Below, one piece after another: positions 1 through 13,395 of a stretch of DNA of 64,000 nt. This stretch comes from Mustelus asterias (Eukaryota): assembly GCF_964213995.1 (NCBI RefSeq), contig NW_027590302.1, positions 1-64,000 on the forward strand, read 5' to 3'. Numbering within the stretch: position 1 is the stretch's first letter; the number at the start of each line of letters is the position of its first letter. The translations under genes were made by a program, and so were the position numbers. Below the pieces are notes generated by a model. That model made no database searches. It saw only the letters and a list, made by a program, of their open reading frames with translations, and was not told where the DNA came from.

Positions 1-731
1 TGAGAGAAATCCTGCGTACAATAGTGGAAATGTTTATACTTCAAGATCGTTCCATTGAATGTACAGTGACAGCCAGTACCTTTTCTCCAAAGCGGCAGGT
101 ATACTTTTTAAGCATATCGTCACAAACACATGTTCCTTCATTTGAACTATAGTGGGAAGGATTCCATAACTGGTTATCCGACCGCTGAACGGCGGCATAA
201 CCGCTCCTTCCTTCACCAACAGATCCTCGCTTTAGCCTTGAATTGGGAGTTTCTCTTCAAACGGCAGGGACGCTGGCAATGTGGTGAGTCAATCAGCCAC
301 TCCGACATAAAATGCAATAATTATTCAATAATTGCCTCAGTGTTTCATGGGGAAAATCTCGCAGTCATGGCTGAGCCACTCCCCCGATGGTAAGGCTTAA
401 ACGGACTGATCCTGAATGAACCAAATCCTGGAGCAAGCCTGAGTTTGACGGCCACAATGATCAGAATCGGGTTTAAATGTCACCATCTGCTGTGTAAAAC
501 TGAAATATTCCTCCCATAAAGCACTGACTGTGACCCGGCTCTGAGCGTTTCCAATCATTGGCAGTCAGCCAAAGGCAGCCAGCTCACCAGCCTGCCTATT
601 CTCAATGTCACTGGGAACATCAGGAAGTGAAGTGAAAACATCCTGAGACCCACAGCAGATTACTGAGGGCGGGGTTTAGAACGGGTGTCTTCAAAATCCC
701 CAACTCCTCTTCGACAGAGCGGACAGAGACA

Positions 732-1194
732 ATGCGGCTGCTCAGCATCTGGGTTGTGTGGGCAATATTTCTGACAGGTAAATGTGGACCAAACACATTT
801 CAACTTTTTTGTTACATTTTTGAAACATGGTGTAAAACGAAATTTTCAACAGTCGCCGGTCAGATCTTTTTATATTTGTTTTTTCAGATCTGATTCATGG
901 AGATTCTGTCACTCAGTCGCCGTCCTCAGATGTTAGGACAGAAGGAGAAGCGGTGACTTTAAATTGTAAATATGATACTGAAGCGAACAACTACGATCTA
1001 TCCTGGTACCGGCAGCACCCGGACTCACAGCCTCAGTTTATACTTTCGAAATACTCTCGCGGCGCTGAAGACAAAGCCGATTTTGCCAAAATCCGTTTCT
1101 CTGTTGAGCTCCAGACGGAGAATAAATTCAGCAGTTTAACCATCTCGGGTCTGAAGCTGGCTGACGCCGCCGTATATTACTGCGCTTTCAGACT
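732..1194 (+). CDS. TRAV: TCR alpha/delta V segment V1, apparently functional (leader 732-777, V exon 888-1194)
   Basis: Leader MRLLSIWVVWAIFLT, phase-1 GT..AG intron, then GDSVTQ..VTLNC..LSWYRQ..RFS..DAAVYYCAFRL with no stops; alpha vs delta cannot be distinguished here. Confidence 0.93.
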
Positions 1195-1233
1195 CACAGT
1201 GACAGAAAACAAGCTCAGCCCTGTACAAAAACT
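1195..1233 (+). other. 23-RSS of V1
   Basis: CACAGTG + 23 nt + ACAAAAACT. Confidence 0.95.
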
Positions 1234-2775
1234 GCCTATTAATACAGAATACAGCTCCTGTCTGTTGTGGCTTGTGTAAAATCGCGGTAGATGTAGCCAC
1301 AATGTACAGCAAAAGGAAACCAAGCCAACCTCGAATGAAACTGTTCCCAGGAGCAACGACACAAACAAACTGCCGATTTCAATCCGACAAACAGATCAGC
1401 ACAGAGTCATATTTGAAGATACCCGTTCTAATCCCCGCCTTTAATAATTTGTTCTCTACCCTGGGGATGTTCATGCCTCACTTCCCTATGTGACTCTGGT
1501 TCTGTGAGACCACTTGGTGGCGATCTGGTGCTGACATGGAAAGAAAAGCGTCCGAACCTGGCTACAGTCAGTGTCTTGATAGGGGAACGGCCGCACTTTC
1601 AGAGACTGGGGGAGATGGAAGAGGTGGGCGGGGAATGTAATCCTGGTCTGTATATTATCATCAGAAAAATCTGGATTGTTAGTGCTGACAGAAACCACAC
1701 CAGCCTCCAGGAAACATTCTGAAGCTCAGTGGGCACGAGGGAAAATTTACTTGGGGTTGGTTTAAAGATCACAGTCACCACTTTGCGAAATCTGTTCAAT
1801 GTGAATAAGTTTTCTCTGATTCGGAACGTACTCTGTTTAAATAAACTGTGAGCAGGCCGCGGTCAAAGGCTCCAGGAAACTGGGAGGGGATATGAAGAGA
1901 GGGTTGTTCAATGTTACAGTCACGGAAATGTTTGTGGCTCAAAACTGGGTAGGAGCGCTGTTGGACATTTTTCATTAAGCGTGTGCGAAGTCTGTATGAT
2001 TTAATTTCATTACGCAACATTACACGAATCTCGATGTAACATCATTTCAAATGCTTTCAGGAATATCAGAAATGCTGTACTTTAGGACGCAATGTCAGGA
2101 AATAAATGTTTGTACACATTCGCAACTCGTTCAGTCCACAACAATATTTAATGGATTTATAGATGCAGACTAACATATGTAATCGCCATCTGAAACATGT
2201 CTAATGGTATTGCGTGCTCTAAGACATAGACACAAGTAAAACTGTAAGTGAACTAGAGGAAATGGCGCACAATTTCCATAAGTATTTTTAAAAAATTGTT
2301 CTTCATGATAAAGAATTAGGAAAAACCTCTCGGGCAGATGAGGCAATCGTGGATCAGTGCGGACCTGCTGGGCCTACTGTAGATGAACGAGATTTCAGCG
2401 CCAGAATGTTTCACACATAGAAAAAAGAGGGATCAAGTATAACTAACAGGTCATTTTTCAATCTGTTTCCTTGAAGGATGTTTGATTTTGTTTAAAAGAT
2501 GACTATGGTCAATCTCAATGAAGCACCATGGGATGTCTATTACCCAGTGACTCGATTCCTTTTGTTGGTCAGTCATGTTCAATTTTGAAATTCTGGATTA
2601 GTTGAGACACCAGGTTGAAAGCAACGGTTGTTTTATTATATTGAGTTATATTGAACTCAATCCACCTAACTCTCAGTCTAACCCTGAGAACCTGCAGCAA
2701 CCGACCTGAGTTGAACAATGCAGACAGACCAACTGCACATTCCAGAATTAAGACATATATATGAAATAAATGGAT

Positions 2776-4850
2776 TAATACCAAGTATCGAAAGAAGATT
2801 ATTGTCACATACATTAACATACAGTGAAAATATTGTTTCTTGCGCGTTATAGAGACAAAAAGTACCTTCATAGAGAAGGAAAAGAGATGGTGCAGAATGT
2901 AGTGTTACAGTCATAGCTAGGATGTAGAGAATGATCAACTTAATGCAAGGCAAGTCCATTCAAAAGTCTGATAGCAGCAGGGAAGAAGCTGTTCTTGAGT
3001 CGTATGGTACACCACCTCAGAGTTTTGTAGAAGGTGGAAGAGAGAATGTCCGGGCTCCGTGGTGTTCTTAGTGATGCTGGCTGCTTTGCTGAGGCTACGG
3101 AAAATGTAGACAGAGTCAATGGATGGGAAACTGGTTTGCGTGCTGGATTGAACTACATTAACGACCTTTTGTAGTTACTTGCGGTCTTGGGCAGAGCAGG
3201 AGCCATACCAAGCTGTGCTACAACCAGAAAGAATGCTTTCTATGGTGCATCTGTTAACGTTGGTGAGAGTCGTAGCTGACAGGCCAAATTTCCTTAGTCT
3301 TCTGAGAAAGTAGAGGCGTTGCTGGGCTCTCTTAACTATAGTGTCGGCATGGGGGGGCCCAGGACAGGTTGTTGGTGATCTGGACACATAAAAACTTGAA
3401 TCTCTACCCTTTCTACTTCGTCCCCGTTGATGTAGACAGGGGCATGTTTTCCTTTACGCTCCCTGAAGTCGATGACAATCTCCTTCGTTTTGTTGACATT
3501 GAGGGAGAGATTATTGTTGCCGCATCAGTTCACCAGATTCTCTATCTCAGTAGACTGGGGCGATACTCATTGGAATTCAGAAGAATGAGGGGAGATCTTA
3601 TAGAAACATATAAGATTATGAAGAGAATAGACAAAATAGAAGCAGGGAAGTTGTTTCCACTGGCGGGTGAAACTAGAACTGGGGGGAATATCCTCAAAAT
3701 AAGCGGAAGCAGATTTAGGACTGAGTTGAGGAGGAACCTCTTCACATAAAGGGTTGTGAATCTGTGGCATTCCCTACCCAGTGAAGCATTTGAGGCTACC
3801 TCATTGAATGTTTTTAAGGCAAGGATAGATACATTTTTGAACAGTAAAGGAATTAAGGGTTATGGTGAGAGGGCGGGTAAGTGGAGCTGAGTCCACAAAA
3901 AGATCAGCCATGATCTTATTGAATGGCGGAGCAGGCTCGAGGGGCCTGATGTCCTACTCCTGCTCCTAGTTCTTATGTTCTTATTCTTATGTTCTTATTC
4001 CTGAACTCTGTCTCATCATTGTTTGAGATCCGACCCGCCACGATGGAGTCGGCAGCAAACTTGAAAATCGTATAGAAGGGGAATTTGGCCACACAGTCAT
4101 AGGTATATACGGAGTTATAGTAGGGGGCTGAGAACACAGCGCTGTGGAACACCTGTGTTGAGGGTGATCGGGGAGGAGGTGTTGTTGCCTATTCTTACTG
4201 ATTGTGATCTATGAGTTAGGAAGTTCAGGATCCAATCGCAGAGAGAGGTGTCAAGGCCCAGGCCACGGAGTTTGGAGGTGATTTTCGTGGGAACGATGGT
4301 GTTGAAGGCTGAGCTGTGGTCAATAAATCGGAGTGTATCATAGGTGTCCTTGTTATCTAGGTGTTCCAGAGTTGAGTGCAGGGCCAGGCAGATGGCGTCT
4401 GCTGTGGACCTGTTGCGGCGAAAGGCAAACTGTAGTGGATCCAGGTAGTCCACGAGGCTGGAATTGGTTCATGCCATGACTAACCTTTCGAAGTACTTCA
4501 TAATGATGGATGTCAGAGCCACCGGCCGATAGTCGTTAAGACACACTGCTTGTTTTTTCTTAGGTACCGAGATGATGGTCGTTATCTTGAAGCAGATAGG
4601 GACCTCAGATTACTGGAAAGAGAGGTTGAAGATGTCTGTGAATACCTCCGTCAGCTGATCCGCGCAGGATCTGTGTGCTCGTCCGGGTACCCCAGTCGCT
4701 TTCCAAGGGTTGACCTTCGAGAAGGCTGCTCTGACATCTGCAATGGTGACCCCAGGTACAGGTTCATCGAGAGCTTCCAGGGTAGAGGGCATGCTCTTGC
4801 TGACCTCTTGCTCAAAACGGGCGTAGAATGCATTGAGCTCATCAGTGCGT
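2776..4850 (-). mobile_element. Rex1/Babar-type LINE, decayed RT region and 3' end
   Basis: [36 protein letters not shown] and KRAQQRLYFLRRLRKFG motifs; interrupted by a CR1 fragment. Confidence 0.8.
3550..4000 (+). mobile_element. CR1 LINE 3' fragment nested in the Rex/Babar LINE
   Basis: YSLEFRRMRGDLIETYKIM motif, TTCTTATG-type tail repeats. Confidence 0.85.
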
Positions 4851-4919
4851 TGGAGCCGACGATTTTACATGCCTTCTACTTGTATCCTGCAGCGAGTAAC
4901 TCACCTGATTCCCCAAAAT

Positions 4920-5350
4920 CTATCCACCAGCTGCAAGGCACAATTCAAGAGTGTGAGTGAATACTCCCCACTTACGTGGGTGATGCAGGAGCTCACCAAA
5001 GGCACCTTGGGCAGCAGTTTCTAAATCCAAGACCGCTATCACCTGGAAGTTCTCTTCCAAGCCAATCACCATCCTGACTTGGAAATATATCGCTGTTCCT
5101 TTTCGGTCTCTGGGACAAGGTCCTGGAATAACTAACCACCTTCCCCACCCCCCCCCCCCACTCTCCCCCCCCCCCCCCCCCCCCCCACCCCACCCACCGG
5201 ACCCCACCCCCTGCAACAGCACAATGGATATACCTACACTCATAGACTTCAGCGGTTCATGAAGGCAACTCACCACCACCTTCTCAAGGGAAATTACTGA
5301 TGGGTAATAATTGCCGGTCGAGCCAGTGACACCCACATTCTCGTTAATGA
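4920..5350 (+). mobile_element. Old LINE 3' remnant (related copies at ~8860-9640, ~23670-23910, ~59410-59710)
   Basis: Shared GGCARCTCACCACCACCTTCTCAAGGG-type tail and ACCATCCTGACTTGGAA segments recur in the window. Confidence 0.6.
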
Positions 5351-6359
5351 ATAAAAAGAAAGATCCAGCCAGCTGCCAGAACGGACAATCATGGGGTCCC
5401 CTGAACAGGTGAATGGTGACGAAATGAATGTCCGCTTACATAGTCAACCCTTTTGAAAATATTTTTCCAGCGAGCATGCTGTGCTGATGGATTCTCTGCA
5501 GTTTGTGCTCAGGTTCTCAAACCAAATCCTATGTGAAACAATCCCGCCGGCTGCACCGGAAAGAAATGAGCAAAAACTGTGAATTAGGCAATAGGAAACA
5601 ACATCATAGGGCTCTTTCGGGATTTCTCGCACACTTGACCTCAGACATCCAAAGCGAGAATCATATCCCAAGACCAACGAGCCTACACTTTGGGTCCTTT
5701 CATCGACATAAAATTCATTTGTTTGTATCCAAAGCAGCTTAGATACCTCTGGTAAAAGCCGACATTGTTGAAAAAGCTCAGCACGTCCGCATTTCTGGAC
5801 TGAAAGCTCCAGGAAAACATCCGCCCAATATTGCTAACTCGACTGTTTGGCACTGGGAGCTTTTGTGAATAAAGTACACATATTACCCGCTGCAGGACAC
5901 AAACAATGCCGAGTGCCAAGTTCAATGAATGTGAATATTTTCAGCATTCCAACAGCTTTGACAACTCATAACATATCTCGTGAAGCAACATACGTTTACT
6001 ATCAGTGCTAATATGCTATTTCTGTTTCGACATTTGCCCTTTGAATTACATTTTTTTCATTTGGTTCATTGGCCATGCTAAATTGACCCTAGTGTCAGGG
6101 GTATTAGCGCGGTGGATGTGTGTGGTTACGGGAATACTGGGTGGGATTGTGACCGGTACAGACTCGATAGGCCGAATATCCTCCTTCTGTACTGTTGGGA
6201 TTCTATGATTCTGTGAGTCTGTGAATATGGTTGCTAGTCGCTGTTGCGAGTCTGGAATTCGGACCGACACTTCCCTCTGCTGGCGGCGGCGTGGCACTAC
6301 AAAGTGCAGCATTCTACCACCTGTGATTCTTCAGGACTCAACTTTGTGTTCAAACATTT

Positions 6360-7183
6360 GGATACAAAGCTGGGCTGAAAAATGGCAGATGGAGTTTAAC
6401 CCTGATAAATGTGAGGTGATTCATTTTGGTAGGACAAATTTAAATGTGGATTACAGGGTCAAAGGTAGGGTTCTGAAGACTGTGGAGGAACAGAGAGATC
6501 TTGTGGTCCATATCCACAGATCATTGAAGGTTGCCATTCAAGTGGATAGAGCTATGAAGAAGGCCTATAGTGTGTTAGCTTTTATTAACAGAGGGTTGGG
6601 GTTTAAGAGTCGTGGGGTTATGCTGCAACTGTACAGGACCTTGGTGAGACCACATTTGGAATATTGTGTGCAGTTCTGGTCACCTCACTATAAGAAGGAT
6701 GTGGAAGCGCTGGAAGGAGTGCAAAGGAGATTTACCAAGATGCTGCCTGGTTTGGAGGGTAGGTCTTATGAGGAAAGGTTGAGGGAGCTGGGGCTGTTCT
6801 CTCTGGAGCGGAGGAGGTTGAGGGGAGACTTAATAGAGGTTTATAAAATGATGAAGGGGATAGATAGAGTGAACGTTCAAAGAGTATTTCCTCGGGTGGA
6901 TGGAGCTATTACAAGGGGGCATAACTATAGGGTTCATGGTGGAGATATAGGAAGGATGTCCGAGGAGGTTCTTTACTCAGAGAGTGGTTGGGGTGTGGAA
7001 TGGACTGCCTGCAGTGATTGTGGAGTCAGACACTTGAGGAACATTTAAGCGGTTATTGAATAGGCACATGGAGCACACCAGGATGATAGGGAGTGGGATA
7101 GCTTGATCTTGGTTTCACATAAAGCTCGGCACAACATCGAGAGCCGAAGGGCCTGTACTGTGCTGTACTGTTCTATGTTCTAT
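6360..7183 (+). mobile_element. Young CR1 LINE, 5'-truncated
   Basis: WAEKWQMEFNPDKC..LVRPHLEYCVQFWSP..LERRRLRGDLIEVYK; near-identical to 25445-26143. Confidence 0.92.
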
Positions 7184-7471
7184 AAACCCTGAATCCACTC
7201 AACAGCAAAACCTGAGCGTGCAATTAAAAAGCATTTGCCGACAAGACGGCGCCAAATTCAAACCCCAGCGTCACAACTTAAACCTGTATGGATGGTAGGC
7301 TCGTGAGGTCACGATGGACTCCTCCCCCCCGCTCCCCCCCCCTCCCCCCACCCCGCCCTCTCTCTCTTTCACACACACACTCACTGCAATCAGCTGAACC
7401 AAGCCCGGGTTCTCTCTTTCTCAATCTCTGACTCATTCCGTTCCGATTCACTGAGAGGGATCCAATCAGAC

Positions 7472-7990
7472 ATGTTTCTGCTCATACTGGCGACGCTCTT
7501 GCACAGTAAGTACTGGAAAACGTTCACCAAGCCAGATAAACAGATTGATGGCAACTTAATTAACAATCTGAAATATCCATGTGATGCGTAGAATAGGTTC
7601 CTCAAACTATCGCAGATACAAACACATTTACATTAACTCTTGACATTTAATTCCTCTATCTTCACAGGCGGACGTGGCGCCGATCCAGTCACCAGTGACA
7701 ATAACCGCATCAGAAGGAGGTTCGGTACAGTTAGATTGTAACTATACAGACAAGGGTATGTACAGCATGCAATGCTATCAGCAGAAACCGGCACAACCAC
7801 CGACATGGATTATTTCTAAAATATTAGCAATGAAGGATGATGAAGTTTCAGGACGACATCTGGCGGCTGCTGATAAGTCTAAGCAGAATGGTTACCTCAA
7901 TATAAGCGCCCTCAGTGTGGAGGACGGGGCGGTCTATTACTGCGCAGTGAGGCACAGCGTTAGATTACAGCTAAACACCGTTCAAAAACC
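7472..7990 (+). pseudogene. TCR V segment V2, probable pseudogene (leader 7472-7505, V exon 7668-7952, RSS 7953-7990)
   Basis: Phase-1 leader MFLLILATLLH splices out of frame to ADVAPIQSP..VQLDC..DGAVYYCAVR; conserved Trp replaced by Cys (MQCYQQ); RSS CACAGCG + 22 + TCAAAAACC. Confidence 0.85.
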
Positions 7991-8309
7991 TCAGCGAGTA
8001 TTTACAGCTCCACTAAGTTTCCTTCTGCGCGAATGCAGTCAGGTCTATTTACCGGGTATTTTGTCCTGATTGAGATCGGCAGTGGAGCGGTTTGGGAAAA
8101 CTAGATGCTAATCTCCATGCCGCGATTTATGTAGCAAACAGAAACAATGAGTATCTCGCTACCAGCTGAGGGATGCACTTAGAAGTGGAGTTAATATGGC
8201 AGAAATTTGCAGGCTGTTCTTTCTGAATTGTTAGCTCAAATAAGCCCACGGACACCTGTAAAAAAATGCAGAACGGATAAAAATCTACTGTCGTATTTGG
8301 GAACCTGTC

Positions 8310-8740
8310 TCGGGGGCAGGGAACTCATATGGTGTTCGTGGAAGTGGAAATGACTAGGGTTGGGAAGCATTTTCCGATCGGGGCCATTGTGATCTCCTGG
8401 ACTCGTTTCGATCGCCTCAGGGGGTCGGAGAGGAATTTCCCAGATTTTTTTTCCCCATATTGGCCCTGGGGTTTTTCACTCTGGGTTTTCGCCTCTCCCT
8501 GGAGATCACATGGTCTGGAATGGGGGGGGGGGGGTGGGGGTGAGTTAATAGGTTGTAATGAACAAAGCATCGTAGCTGTGAGGGACAGCTCGGTGGATAG
8601 GATATTGGTATGTAGATAGGCTGGAAAATTGGGCGGGGATCCTGGATTCAGGATTCAATCCTGGACCGGGGAGCGGCGCGGGCTTGGAGGGCCGAAGGGC
8701 CTGTTCCTGTGCTGTATTGTTCTTTATTCTTTGTTCTTTG
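8310..8740 (+). mobile_element. SINE-like element with a CR1-type 3' tail
   Basis: Ends GGGCCGAAGGGCCTGTTCCTGTGCTGTATTGTTCTTT like local CR1 tails, but has a distinct non-coding body. Confidence 0.5.
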
Positions 8741-9909
8741 TATTTAACAAATGAGATGTCGAATAGCCGCCACAGAGACTCACCCAGCAACACGACTGTT
8801 ATTATAACTCTGGGACACAGAAACTCACCCAACAACACGAAGATAGTCGAGTGTATTGTGTGGTGGTGAGCTGCCTTCCTGAAGCTCTGCGGTCCCTGAG
8901 GTGCAGGTACACCCACTGTGCTGTTAGTGAGGGAGTTCCAGGGTTTGACCCAGTGACGGTGAAGGAACAGCGATATATTTCCAAGAAAGGATGTGGAATA
9001 ACTTGGAAGGGAACGTCTAGGTGGTGATGTTCCCATGTGCCTGCTGCCCCTGTCCTCCTAAATGGCAGTGGTCGTGTGTTTGGATTGTGCTGCCTGAAAA
9101 AGGTTTGCTGAGTTGCTGCAGTGTTTCTTGTAGATGGTGCACACGGCTGCCACTGTTCGTCGGTGGTGGCAGGAATGGATGTTTACGGAATGGTGAGCAA
9201 TCAAGCGGACTGCTTTGTCCAGTATCGTGTCGAGTTTATTGAGTTATTGGAGCGACACTGATCCACGTAAGTAGGGAGCATTCCATTTACACTCCTGACT
9301 TGTACTTTGTAGATGGTGGATAGGCTTTGGGGAGTCACAAGACGAGTTACTCATCGCAGGATTCCTAACCTTTGACCTGCTCTGGTAGCCACGGTCCTGG
9401 GTCCAGTTCAGTTTTCAGTCAACTCCCAGGATGTTGATGGGGTGGGGTGTGGAGAGGGGGGGCGTGGGGGGGGGGCGGGTGTGGATTCAGCGATGGCAAT
9501 GCCATTGAATGTCAAGGAAAGTTGGTTAGATCCTCTCTTTTTAGAGATGGTCAATGCCTGGAACTTGTGGGACGTGAATGTTGTTTGCACTTATCAGGCC
9601 AAACCTAAGTACTGTTCAGGTCTTGCTGAATTTGGGCATAGACCAAATGTCTGATTCGAGACAGTGGAATGTCATCCTTAAATTGAAGAATTTGAATGAT
9701 TTCCTCACCAGAAAGCCCACTCTCACTGAGTGACTGTTTCTTCAATCGGATAGGTTATGCCCTGACTGTCAATATGTCTGAGCAAAGTCGCTGTCAGGAA
9801 TTGCAAAGCCCAGGGCAACCTCATGCTTCATTTCCTGCTCTCGTTCTGACATGTCTTGCCGGCAGTCTGCTATTTGTTTGATCGCTGCAGCAACTGTAAA
9901 CAGGTGTGA

Positions 9910-10346
9910 GGTTTTTCTACAATGACTGCCGTTTTTCCTCTCAGTGTGGGCATTAATGCACAGCAGGATCCACGCTCTCCGTGTCTTCAGTAACCAACTG
10001 ACCCAATTTACCCGCAGTGGAAAGTTTCAACTCGAATCAGTCATTTTCTCTTTGCCATCCGAGAATCTGCTTATTATCCACTTACGTCCCTGATCGGGTT
10101 TTTTGTCTGTACCAATACATTCCATAAATACTGGACATGCCATAGCTGCAGTTTATCTGTGCCGAATCCCCGCTCTGGACTGTTTTCGCTGTGTGAGTTT
10201 GTGAAACTTGGTCCGAGTGACATCGACCTATGAAAACATTCAGACAATGAAGCAAAATTAGTATAAATATACAGATTCACAAGTTATAGAATAAGTATCC
10301 TGCACTTAAAAGTTAGCATCACCAGAATGACAAGGAATAGATTCAT
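9910..10346 (-). pseudogene. TCR V pseudogene V3 (leader ~10346-10304, V exon 10227-9949, RSS 9948-9910)
   Basis: MNLFLVILVMLTFK; SDQVSQ..SAQINCSY..MYWYRQK then frameshift and stops; ends CALM + CACACTG + 23 + AGAAAAACC. Confidence 0.88.
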
Positions 10347-11192
10347 TTGCACCGTGTGATACAAAAGCATTGTCAATAGGAATACGGGGCACAGCTCACA
10401 GCAGAAGGGCACGAAGTGAATCAACATCTTCAATATTCCGCTAATGTAAGATGCAACAGATAAAGTTCCAGACACTCGGTTTCTCTGCAGTTTGATGGGC
10501 TGGAATCAGTTTCTGCTCGTCCGGTGTAAGGATGTGGGTTGTTGATCCGCTGCTGCTTCTCTTTCGGGTCACGTGTGAACAGGCCAATTGTCTATAAACC
10601 AGGACGCTACTTTACTGCAGTAACTGTAAATTATAAAAGTGGTTAAGGATTAACTGTTCACCAATGAAGGCATTGATTTCAAACTGAGTTTTGCCCTCAT
10701 TTTAAAGTTATATATGATAAATGCATAATCAATGATATGTTGGAAATATTTTACTTGATTTACTTTTGCAAATTTAATTGATTCTCCTTGGTTTCAACAG
10801 TGCCATTTCCTCAAATCTCCGAGTCCCTCCCCATTTCATTTCTATTTGTGTAACTTGGACAGCAGCTGTTCAAGTCAGCAGCTCAGCGCCACATTCTCAA
10901 GAGCAAATAGGGATCCCCTTTTTCCCACAATCAATAACAATATCCCCACTTTAAGTCTCTAACGGACCAATATTACTCCTGATCACCTTCTTTCCCTTTA
11001 TGTAACTAATATTTCCTTATTGATCTCGATCTGCTTTGCAAGTTTCATTTCATAATCCATTTTACTAGCTCTTCTATGTTGCTTCATAGACCTTTGCAGG
11101 TCTTTGGGCTTTTCGGAGGTGGTTGAATTATCGCTCTTGCTTTGTTAGTGCGGGAGCGCATATTTGTGACATTAACTGGAAATTTCGATGTG

Positions 11193-11851
11193 CAATTTTG
11201 TACCGAATCCGCTGTATCTCGGCAGCAATTTGGGGCTTAAGGCACAGAAATAGCGGTAGCGGATATGAGAGCTTTTTATATCATTAATTCTTTAATGTCT
11301 GCTGCTTTACTAAGTATAGAAGCGTATTGCTGTGTAAAGCCGGGGTTCTGCTTTGCTGTCCCTCCCCAGAGCTGAAACACAGACTGTAGAAATGCCCATG
11401 TTCTACTTGTACCGAACACATAAGGACTTGGTTTGTTTACAGGATGGAATTTGTGGTAAAATGATCCCCTCTTCAACCATCATTTTCGGCACCGACTCCT
11501 CTATTGAACTGGGTAATGAATATTCATCACTACATCAGCACTTGTTAAATAAAAATGTTTGGGATACGGCAGCCGGGTTAGGCCGGGGCACTAAGGAGAG
11601 TTCATTTTACTGGGAAACATCTACTTAATCCGAAGTGATATAATAATTAGTGGTCTGCGATACTTCCACAGTCTGTTCCCTATATCTTCGCAATATGTGA
11701 AATTCTCTGTCAGGGTAGAAATATAAATCCCCTCTCCATTGGACTGCGGATCCAAACAATGACAAACATAAAAAATTGGCAGCAATCTCTCCAATAAAAC
11801 AGGACAGGTGAGAAGGGTCAGTGTGAGAACAGCACAGGACAGTCTGGGCAG
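11193..11851 (-). pseudogene. Heavily decayed TCR V pseudogene V4 (leader 11851-11806 with ATG>CTG, V exon ~11540-11233)
   Basis: 46-nt leader (L)PRLSCAVLTLTLLT; PSPYVF..LQSVFQLWGG..NPGF..YFCALS; degenerate RSS CAAATTG + 24 + ACAAAATTG. Confidence 0.72.
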
Positions 11852-12239
11852 TGTTTTCACAGGTAGGATTTAACTACAAGGAACTGAACTCAGTAACAAA
11901 GCAACATTGAAAAATTACATAACGTTGCCTCTCTGTAGCAAGTGTCGTTAATCTTCATTCCATTCTGCCGACCAATAGTTTCGTACCAACTTTGTTAGAG
12001 TCAGTAAATTATTCAATCCTAAACGAAATCTTCATCAGGCGCCTCACAAAAATCTTGCGTTGATTTTCCCGCTTATATATCTTTGAGATCCAGCTGCCTA
12101 CACTCAGAAATCTTATTCTCTGATGAGCGGGATATGGCATTAATGTTTGCGTTCCCCTATATAAACACGTAGCCCTGGTTAAGAAACATCAGAGTGGTGA
12201 GGGGCAACTCCCACAGCTCCATCCGTGTGATATGCTGCA

Positions 12240-12252
12240 GGAAGTGACATCA
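12240..12252 (+). promoter_or_regulatory. ETS + CRE-like decamer in the V5 promoter
   Basis: GGAAGTGACATCA ~100 nt upstream of the ATG; matches the AGTGAYRTCA TCR V promoter decamer. Confidence 0.55.
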
Positions 12253-12348
12253 GAAATGTGGTTGCTCTGAGTCTGTGTTGTCCTGCAGCAGATGACATTT
12301 GCTCTTTTACAGTTATCTGTTCTGCACCTTTCTGGGACAGCAGCAGCA

Positions 12349-13356
12349 ATGCAGATCCACGTTCTCGTTGTGCTCTGGGCAGCTTTCTGTGTCGGTGAGA
12401 AATTTAAAACTTTTAGATGAAGATTAATTTCAGAGAATTAGATTTTAAAAGTAAATAGTCTATTTATCACTTGTATCGAAACTTGGTCAGACCACATGAG
12501 GAGTGTTAGGAAATAATGCCAGGGCACAGGAGAAAATGAGGAAAAATCTGTAAGAAGGTGATACCGCAATTGGCATGAGCTAACTATCAGCAATAATTGT
12601 GCTGGCTGAGATTATTTGATCTCGCAAAGCGAGGTTGGAGGGACAGCCTGACAGAGGTCTTCAAATGTGATTGAAAGGTGGTTAATAGGTTAGTGCTGCA
12701 GAGTTCTTTTCACTTCTGGATCATTGATTATGATAAATGCAACGGTTCAAAGAGATGCAAAAGGGCATTGTGGACAGGCCTCCATACCCAGCGTGTGTTT
12801 ATATTCTGTACATCACTACCACAAGGGAAGCTAAATAAAGAGATGATGCAGAAAGAAATGGATGGAAATTCTGAGAGATTGAGACGAAGTAAGGCGAATT
12901 ACGCTCTCTAGGATTTAAAACAGACAGATCAATTTTGTAGAAAGTTTATTTTTCTAAGGTCTGTACTCCACCTTTTTGTATGTGATACTAACCACTAATT
13001 GTCACATTTCAGTTCAGTTGATTATTTGCACTTTTTTAACTGTGTGTTCCAGATCAGAGCGATGGAGATTCTGTTACTCAGCGGGAATCCTCACTCACAC
13101 CGCCAGAGGGAAAATATGTCACTTTAAGCTGCATCTTTACCGACGATGCTGATTATTTATTCTGGTACCGTCAGTACCCAGGCAGACAGCCCGAGTTTGC
13201 CGTCCGCCGGGACCCGAGCGACAGTTATGAATTCAAGGCCGATTTCGCTCGGACACGGTTTTCGGATAGAGTCCAGCAGTCAGACAAGTTGTACCGATTG
13301 ACAATCTCGGAGCTGCGGCTGTCTGACACCGCGGTCTATTACTGTGCACAGAGTCT
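12349..13356 (+). CDS. TRAV: TCR alpha/delta V segment V5, apparently functional (leader 12349-12394, V exon 13053-13356); absent from the ORF track
   Basis: MQIHVLVVLWAAFCV / DQSDGDSVTQRESS..VTLSC..LFWYRQYPG..KADFARTRFS..SDTAVYYCAQS, open, canonical splice sites. Confidence 0.93.
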
Positions 13357-13395
13357 CACAGTGATGAGAACGAGTGAAATTCTCGTACAAAAACT
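13357..13395 (+). other. 23-RSS of V5
   Basis: CACAGTG + 23 nt + ACAAAAACT. Confidence 0.95.

Noticed and set aside
1745-1785. LGVGLKITV resembling a J segment FGxG motif
   Set aside because: No Phe/Trp, no 5' 12-RSS and no proper donor.
5570-5925. Possible very old V remnant on - (leader-like start, LLWIQ, DVVSYCLI + CACAGTT)
   Set aside because: No nonamer at the right spacing and motifs too degenerate to support without an HMM search.
7668-7952. V2 as a NAR-TCR supporting V because of its extra Cys
   Set aside because: The Cys replaces the core Trp rather than lying in CDR1, a leader exon is present, the splice phase is broken, and no NAR-type V/D/J is seen upstream.
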